Assembly (NCBI GenBank): GCA_002722245.1
Contig: PBLA01000001.1
Span: 22,292-86,291 of the forward strand
Length of the DNA stretch: 64,000 bases
Origin: Flavobacteriales bacterium
GTDB lineage: Bacteria > Bacteroidota > Bacteroidia > Flavobacteriales_C > GCA-002722245
Direction of reading: 5' to 3'
A model generated the notes under the pieces. It was not told where the DNA came from and searched no databases. It worked only from the letters and a program-made list of their open reading frames with translations. A program made the translations under genes and the position numbers. Positions 58,304-64,000 of this stretch are shown here, piece by piece; the stretch's first letter is position 1, and each line of letters begins with the position of its first letter.

Positions 58304-59068
58304 TCATAACTCTTGAAAGTCTATGTGATAGTGATCGTCATGAAGATCATTAATTGTTGGAGTCAGCGACTTTACAATATAGATACCACTGTTTTTTAAT
58401 AACTGTCCGAAATACCCCTCAAACAGTTCATCTTTGAATTCAACCTTGATAATTACTTTTGAAATCCGAAGACCTTGCTTTTTTCCTTCAGCCTTCAAAA
58501 TTAAAATATGATGTGCTATTTTTTCAAAATCAATCGAAATGCTAGAATCTTTACTATAAATACCTTCATTATTAAACGATAACCAATAATGGCCAACACC
58601 AATTGAATCCAGGCCATAATAAGGTTTGCCATCTTTTAATTTGGGTATCATAAAGTCAACGCTAAGGCCATTTTGATGAGTTCTGTGTGGCCACATTTTA
58701 CCACCGTGTTTATTTGAGCACTCCATTAATTGAAACCTTCTTTTCGGGTAGTTTTTTTCAAGTTCTTTATACCCATTAATAACAGTGTTTAATACTTTGT
58801 GGTGCGTAAAGGCTCTACCGCTTAAATAACTCTTCTCGTCGAAATAACTAAAATTTGTTCCCTTGTAAGGCATTAATTTAGCATGCTTTAGTCCTCCATT
58901 AGATACATGTCCAAATGATATACTGGGAGTAGAATCATTCATATTATTGTTTAAATAATCATCCAGTTTAATATTGGGACGTACAATTTTCTCGTTATTA
59001 TCCTCGGTAAAATTCGATTGACCGCAAGCCGATAATGAAACAACAATGAAATAAAATAAAAAGCGCAT
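58304..59068 (-). CDS. penicillin-insensitive murein endopeptidase-like (peptidase M74/LAS family) lipoprotein
   Basis: Lipobox (SLSACGQS). Zn ligand motifs HRTHQNGLSVDF and HDDHYHIDF. Confidence 0.6.
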   Translation of the reverse strand: MRFLFYFIVVSLSACGQSNFTEDNNEKIVRPNIKLDDYLNNNMNDSTPSISFGHVSNGGLKHAKLMPYKGTNFSYFDEKSYLSGRAFTHHKVLNTVINGYKELEKNYPKRRFQLMECSNKHGGKMWPHRTHQNGLSVDFMIPKLKDGKPYYGLDSIGVGHYWLSFNNEGIYSKDSSISIDFEKIAHHILILKAEGKKQGLRISKVIIKVEFKDELFEGYFGQLLKNSGIYIVKSLTPTINDLHDDHYHIDFQEL

Positions 59069-59147
59069 AAACCTTAAACGAAAATAAAAGCCAATTCTTT
59101 CACACTAAAGGTTAATAAAACTTAATAATAAATGGGAACATGAAAAT

Positions 59148-59600
59148 CTATCGAATTCGATCAACAGATCTTACTAAGTCATCATCCTTTTTCACTGCCT
59201 TATTGGCCATAAAAAATAAAACAGTCGTTATAGGAACAATGAATAAGGCGAAGCCAAAAGATATATTGGTTTCTTCACCTTGGTTCAATTTGTAAAATGT
59301 AACGAGCAAAAAAATTATTTCCGCAAACGTTGCTAAACCACCAATTTTGGAAAATTTTATCTGTCGTTTTCTGTTTTTGAATAAAAAGATTGTTACGAAA
59401 GCAAAAAGAGCAAGTACTAATCCTAAATAAAAGCTTTTAGAATCTCCACCAACAAGCATCTCATTCATATCAAAAACCCCCTTGCCAGTCACTTTATATA
59501 TTGAGTTCGATAGATTGTAGGTAAAATATGTTCCTGTGGCAAAAACCACTTGACCAATAGAAGCGAGTAAAAGATATAGAGATTGAATACGTTGAATCAT
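59148..59600 (-). CDS. DUF4293-like membrane protein
   Basis: MIQRIQSLYLLLASI start with four TM helices, as in Bacteroidota DUF4293. Confidence 0.45.
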   Translation of the reverse strand: MIQRIQSLYLLLASIGQVVFATGTYFTYNLSNSIYKVTGKGVFDMNEMLVGGDSKSFYLGLVLALFAFVTIFLFKNRKRQIKFSKIGGLATFAEIIFLLVTFYKLNQGEETNISFGFALFIVPITTVLFFMANKAVKKDDDLVRSVDRIR

Positions 59601-59610
59601 AATTTATTTT

Positions 59611-60162
59611 TTAAGCTAAAGCCTTTTGAATTAAAGATAAAATTGGCGCTGGATAATTAATTTCCAATGCAAATTTATGGGCTTTTGTTGACATTTTACT
59701 CCAAGTCTTTTGGATAATTTTAATCCATTTATCCTCGGAATAAGATTTTGTTTTAGCAAAGGAAAGTATGTGGTGTTCTAAAAATACAAGGCATGCCACG
59801 TCTTCAATGAGTTGAGTATTCGTATTTTTTCTCAAATCCTTTTTCGAGATCATTCCTTTCACCTCATCTATTAAAGACTCATCATACCCAACTTCACTCA
59901 AAATTTCAGCCGCTTTTTCTGCTTGGTAGGAGTAAAGCTTGATTCGCCATTGATAATACCCTTTTTTATCCATAGGATAATCGGATCTTGGAATATCCCA
60001 CCTTCTGAAATGCTGACATCTCGCAGCAAGTTCTTGAGCTTCTGAGTATGAAGGCTCAAGTTTTCCTAACCATTGAAAACATTGATGAGAATAATTTAAT
60101 GCTTCTTTTTTAGGATCTGTTTGAAGTACTTCTTCAATTTTCTTTACTGCTTCTTCAATCAT
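59611..60162 (-). CDS. DUF4202 family protein
   Basis: The ...ARCQHFRRWDIPRSDYPMDKKGYYQWR... motif region is typical of DUF4202. Confidence 0.45.
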   Translation of the reverse strand: MIEEAVKKIEEVLQTDPKKEALNYSHQCFQWLGKLEPSYSEAQELAARCQHFRRWDIPRSDYPMDKKGYYQWRIKLYSYQAEKAAEILSEVGYDESLIDEVKGMISKKDLRKNTNTQLIEDVACLVFLEHHILSFAKTKSYSEDKWIKIIQKTWSKMSTKAHKFALEINYPAPILSLIQKALA

Positions 60163-61312
60163 TTAGTAACAATTTAACAAGTGTTTTTATAAGCGCATCA
60201 ATATCATGAGTAGTTGAATACTTAGAAAAAGACACCCTAATGGCAGGCTGATCCATCGGAACACCAATCGCCTCTAATACATGTGATCCTTTATTGTTTC
60301 CTGAAGTACAGGCGCTACCTCCGCTTATGGCAATTCCTGCTAAATCAAGATTAAATAAAAACATGGAAACATCTTTATCCGTTTTAAAAGATACATTGAT
60401 AATAGCTGGAGAACTTTCTACCGTATTACCATTAATTGAGTATTGAATTTTTTCATGATTCAACTGGTCAATAAAATATGTCTTTAATTCAGATAACAAC
60501 GCAGTGTTTTTTACTTGTTCCTTTTTAGCATTAGAAAACGCTTCGTTTAAACCACATATTCCCCCTATATTTTCAGTTCCGCCTCTTAATCCTCTCTCTT
60601 GGTTTCCACCTGCAATAAAAGGTGCAGCATCAATATTTTGTTTTACAAAAAGAAAACCACATCCTTTAGGGCCATGAAATTTGTGCGCTGAACAACTTAA
60701 AAAATCGATATTTAGTTTTTTAACATCAATATTATAATATGGTAAGCTTTGAACCGTATCCGAGTGAAAGTAAGCATTATTTAATCCACATAAGTCAGCT
60801 ATTTGTTGAAGAGGTGCACAAGTACCAATTTCATTATTTACGTGCATAAGAGAAACAAGCGTTGTTTGTTTTTCTTTGAGCAACTTCGATAAGTGATTTA
60901 AATCTAAATTTCCTTGATTGTCAATAGTGACATATTCCACTTTAATGTCTTCAGGAAGAGATCTCAATGGATTTAAAATCGCATAATGTTCAATTTTAGA
61001 AGTAATGATTCTTCGCACTCCTAAACTTTTTACAGCCATCGAAATGGCGGTATTATTTGCTTCCGTTCCACCGGAAGTAAAAATAATTTCAGAAGGATGA
61101 GCCTGAATAAGCTGTGCTACACTCTTTCGAGCAACTTCAATTTGAGCTTTTGCTGCCCTGCCATAGGAGTGAATCGAGGAGGGGTTTCCAATTAGGTTTA
61201 AGTTGGTTTTATGCATAACATCAACTACCTCTTTTGATAAAAAGGTAGTAGCCGCATTATCTAAGTAAACCTTTGAATATGTTTTTGGACCATTGCTCAT
61301 GCGCCCTGTCAA
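60155..61312 (-). CDS. cysteine desulfurase (class V aminotransferase, NifS/IscS-like)
   Basis: YLDNAATTFLSKEVVDVM start, a PLP-lysine region SCSAHKFHGPKG and an active-site Cys loop GGSACTSG. Confidence 0.85.
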   Translation of the reverse strand: MTGRMSNGPKTYSKVYLDNAATTFLSKEVVDVMHKTNLNLIGNPSSIHSYGRAAKAQIEVARKSVAQLIQAHPSEIIFTSGGTEANNTAISMAVKSLGVRRIITSKIEHYAILNPLRSLPEDIKVEYVTIDNQGNLDLNHLSKLLKEKQTTLVSLMHVNNEIGTCAPLQQIADLCGLNNAYFHSDTVQSLPYYNIDVKKLNIDFLSCSAHKFHGPKGCGFLFVKQNIDAAPFIAGGNQERGLRGGTENIGGICGLNEAFSNAKKEQVKNTALLSELKTYFIDQLNHEKIQYSINGNTVESSPAIINVSFKTDKDVSMFLFNLDLAGIAISGGSACTSGNNKGSHVLEAIGVPMDQPAIRVSFSKYSTTHDIDALIKTLVKLLLND

Positions 61313-61358
61313 TTTTTGTGAACGGATAGATTAAAGGCGTAAAGACCTTCAATCACTT

Positions 61359-62750
61359 TTAGGCAATAATTTCTTTGATATCACCAATAATTTTAGCTGC
61401 AAGTACTTCTGCTTTTTCAGCGTTCGCACTCTCTGAATAAATCCTGATAATTGGTTCAGTATTAGACTTTCTTAAATGCACCCATTCCTCAGCAAAATCA
61501 ATTTTCACACCATCAACAGTATTAATGTTTTCATGGGCATATTTAGCCTCTATTTTTTCAAGAATCAAATCAACATCAATTTCAGGTGTTAATTCAATTT
61601 TGTTTTTACTTATATGGTAATTAGGATAGCTGTTTCTTAACGTCTTTGCCGACTTGCCAGTTTTAGCCATATGCGTTAAAATTAAAGCGATACCAACAAG
61701 CGCATCTCTACCGTAATGAAGGTCAGGGAAAATAACACCACCGTTTCCTTCACCGCCAATTACAGCATTTTGAGCCTTCATTTGATTTACAACATTCACC
61801 TCGCCAACAGCCGAAGGAAAGTACTGACCACCAGCTTTTTCAGTAACATCACGCAAAGCTCTGGTTGATGACATATTAGAAACAGTATTCCCTTTTCTTT
61901 GAGTCAAAATATAGTCTGCCACAGCTACTAATGTATATTCCTCTCCAAACATACTTCCGTCTTCACAAACCAATGCTAAACGATCCACATCAGGATCAAC
62001 AACAATACCAATATCAGCCTGATTATCAACAACGGTTTTAGATATATCAGTTAAATTTTCTGGTAGAGGTTCAGGATTATGCGGAAACTGACCATTTGGT
62101 TCACAGAAAAGTTCAAATACAGTGTTAACACCTAAAGCACGTAATAATTTAGGTAATACAATACCTCCAGTAGAATTAACAGCATCAATAGCGACCTTAA
62201 ATCCCGCATTTTTAATTGCATCTACATCCACTAGCTCATGCTTAAGAATTTCTTGAATATGAATATCAAAATAATCAGATCGTTCTGAAACAGAACCTAA
62301 ATCATCTACTTCAGCGTAATTGAAATCTTCTCGCTCGGCAATTTCCAATATTTCTAAACCATTATTATTGGAAATAAACTCTCCTTTAGCGTTAAGTAAC
62401 TTCAATGCATTCCATTGCTTAGGATTGTGCGATGCTGTCAAAATAATACCTCCACTGGCATGTTCAAGCGGAACAGCAATTTCAACAGTTGGAGTAGTAG
62501 AGAGTCCAAGATTAATAACATCAATTCCTAACCCAGTAAGTGTGGAAATAACAAGATTCTCAACCATTAAACCACTAATCCGTGCATCCCTACCCACTAC
62601 AACAGTAAGGTTTTCGTTCGATTGCTTTTTCAACCACTCAGCGTAGGCGCTAGTAAATTTTACAATGTCTAATGGACTTAATCCCTCACCGGGTTTACCT
62701 CCAATTGTACCTCTAATACCTGAAATCGATTTAATTAATGCCATTTTCAA
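61359..62750 (-). CDS. glmM: alpha-D-phosphohexomutase (phosphoglucosamine mutase-like)
   Basis: SISGIRGTIGG, the phosphoserine loop TASHNP and metal-binding DPDVDR. The glmM versus pmm/pgm assignment is uncertain. Confidence 0.65.
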   Translation of the reverse strand: MKMALIKSISGIRGTIGGKPGEGLSPLDIVKFTSAYAEWLKKQSNENLTVVVGRDARISGLMVENLVISTLTGLGIDVINLGLSTTPTVEIAVPLEHASGGIILTASHNPKQWNALKLLNAKGEFISNNNGLEILEIAEREDFNYAEVDDLGSVSERSDYFDIHIQEILKHELVDVDAIKNAGFKVAIDAVNSTGGIVLPKLLRALGVNTVFELFCEPNGQFPHNPEPLPENLTDISKTVVDNQADIGIVVDPDVDRLALVCEDGSMFGEEYTLVAVADYILTQRKGNTVSNMSSTRALRDVTEKAGGQYFPSAVGEVNVVNQMKAQNAVIGGEGNGGVIFPDLHYGRDALVGIALILTHMAKTGKSAKTLRNSYPNYHISKNKIELTPEIDVDLILEKIEAKYAHENINTVDGVKIDFAEEWVHLRKSNTEPIIRIYSESANAEKAEVLAAKIIGDIKEIIA

Positions 62751-62966
62751 TAAATAAAGGATACAAAATAAGAAATATTGATAGAAAACCGCCTATATTT
62801 CTTTATCTTAAGGAGGTTGTCTTTGTAAAATCTTGTAAATACGTTAATTACAAGGTTTCATGATTTTTTAACAAAAAAATTGTGGATAAGAAAGTGGTAG
62901 GATTATTGTCTATGTGTAAATAAATAACAAGATTTAATAAGCAAAGTCTAAAAACCTTAAAAGCCT

Positions 62967-64000
62967 ATGGAGTTTTTTGATGCGGGAGATGGTCAGCGGG
63001 AGTCCATACAAAGTGTTACTCGTTTTGAATCTATGGTTGCTAACCAAGAACAGTATTACTTTGATTGTGAAGAATTCCAAGATATTATAGAATACTATCT
63101 ATTAAGAACCGATTTTCAGCAAGCTAAAACAGTGGTGGATTATTCGTTAAATCTTCACCCAACTAGTATAGATTTAAAGCTTTTGAAAGCTCAAGTGTTA
63201 GTAGGGTTGTTACAATACAAGAATGCACTGGATTTAATTGAGAAAATTGAATTATTTGAACCCAATAATACAGATCTGTTTCTGGTAAAAGGAACTATTC
63301 TTAGTAAACTCAAAATGAGTGATCGAGCCATTGCATGTTTTAAGCAATGCTTATCAGATAGTGAGTATAAGGACGAAGTATATCATTTTATTGCCTCAGA
63401 GTATCAACGAAACCTAGAATATGAGGAAGCCATTAAATACTTTAAACTTTGTCTTCGTGAAAACCCTGAAAATGAAGCTGCACTTTATGAGGTAAACATG
63501 TGTTTCGAGTGCACTACTAAATTCGCTGAAGCAATTCAGTTTTACAACCAATTAATTGATGAATCGCCCTATTCAGAATCACTCTGGTTTAATTTGGCAG
63601 GAATGTATTGTAAGCTAGAATCCTGGGATAAAGCAATTGATTGTTATGATTATGCAATTGCAATTAATCCGCGTTTTTCTTCAGCCTATTTTAATAAAGC
63701 CAATGCGCTTGCAACGCATGGTGAGTATCATGCAGCTATTCAAGTGTATAAAGAGTCGTGTGATTATGAATCACCAACCTTCATCACTTATGCATATATT
63801 GGTGAATGTTATGAACGGTTAAAAGAATACGAAACGGGTCTTGAGTTTTACAAAAAATCAATTGCTCAAAACGAAGAATACGCTGAGGCATGGTTAGGTG
63901 TAGCAATTTGTCAAGATGGATTAGGGAAATCTAATGAGGCTTACGCTTCAATAACCAAAGCATTGGAACTTGATCACGAAGATCCCGATTTTTGGTATAC
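62967..64000 (+). CDS. TPR-repeat protein (3' end beyond window)
   Basis: The frame is stop-free from ATG 62967 to the window end (translated by hand). It shows multiple 34-aa TPR-like units (AIKYFKLCLRENPENEAALYEV; WDKAIDCYDYAIAINPRFSSAYFNKANA; YAEAWLGVAICQDGLG). Confidence 0.7.
   Translation, partial: MEFFDAGDGQRESIQSVTRFESMVANQEQYYFDCEEFQDIIEYYLLRTDFQQAKTVVDYSLNLHPTSIDLKLLKAQVLVGLLQYKNALDLIEKIELFEPNNTDLFLVKGTILSKLKMSDRAIACFKQCLSDSEYKDEVYHFIASEYQRNLEYEEAIKYFKLCLRENPENEAALYEVNMCFECTTKFAEAIQFYNQLIDESPYSESLWFNLAGMYCKLESWDKAIDCYDYAIAINPRFSSAYFNKANALATHGEYHAAIQVYKESCDYESPTFITYAYIGECYERLKEYETGLEFYKKSIAQNEEYAEAWLGVAICQDGLGKSNEAYASITKALELDHEDPDFWY

Noticed and set aside
62832-62853. CTTGTAA-N8-TTACAAG inverted repeat upstream of the TPR gene.
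   Set aside because: It is short, AT-rich and unsupported by other evidence. It is consistent with chance in 36% GC DNA.

Overview
This is an AT-rich (~36-37% GC) chromosomal window that looks like a marine Bacteroidota, probably Flavobacteriia. The call rests on several DUF families common in Bacteroidota (DUF4159, DUF1599, DUF4293, DUF4202), a LytS/LytTR two-component system, an exonuclease-GIY-YIG fusion and a flavobacterial-type proteorhodopsin. Most genes are housekeeping (valS, miaA, CCA enzyme, tsaC, prfC, nth, prmA, tpiA, folP, mnmA, obg, guaB, queE, plsY, fabI, acpH, a cysteine desulfurase, a phosphohexomutase), tightly packed on both strands. I found no rRNA, tRNA, CRISPR array or recognisable transposase. 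The most notable content is: (i) a green-type proton-pumping proteorhodopsin with no adjacent retinal-synthesis gene; (ii) a Mn/Zn/Fe-type ABC uptake operon with a DtxR/MntR regulator, a perfect 8-2-8 inverted repeat in its promoter, and an unusual permease fused to a second DtxR-like domain; (iii) a 1551-aa secreted protein of unknown function; (iv) a small accessory-looking block downstream of the rhodopsin (alpha/beta hydrolase, thioesterase, Cys-less MGMT-like protein, SRPBCC-like protein, NYN-LOTUS RNase-like protein); and (v) a lipoprotein followed by a small basic secreted protein with YD-like repeats. All calls come from reading the translations and sequence motifs; no database search was possible.
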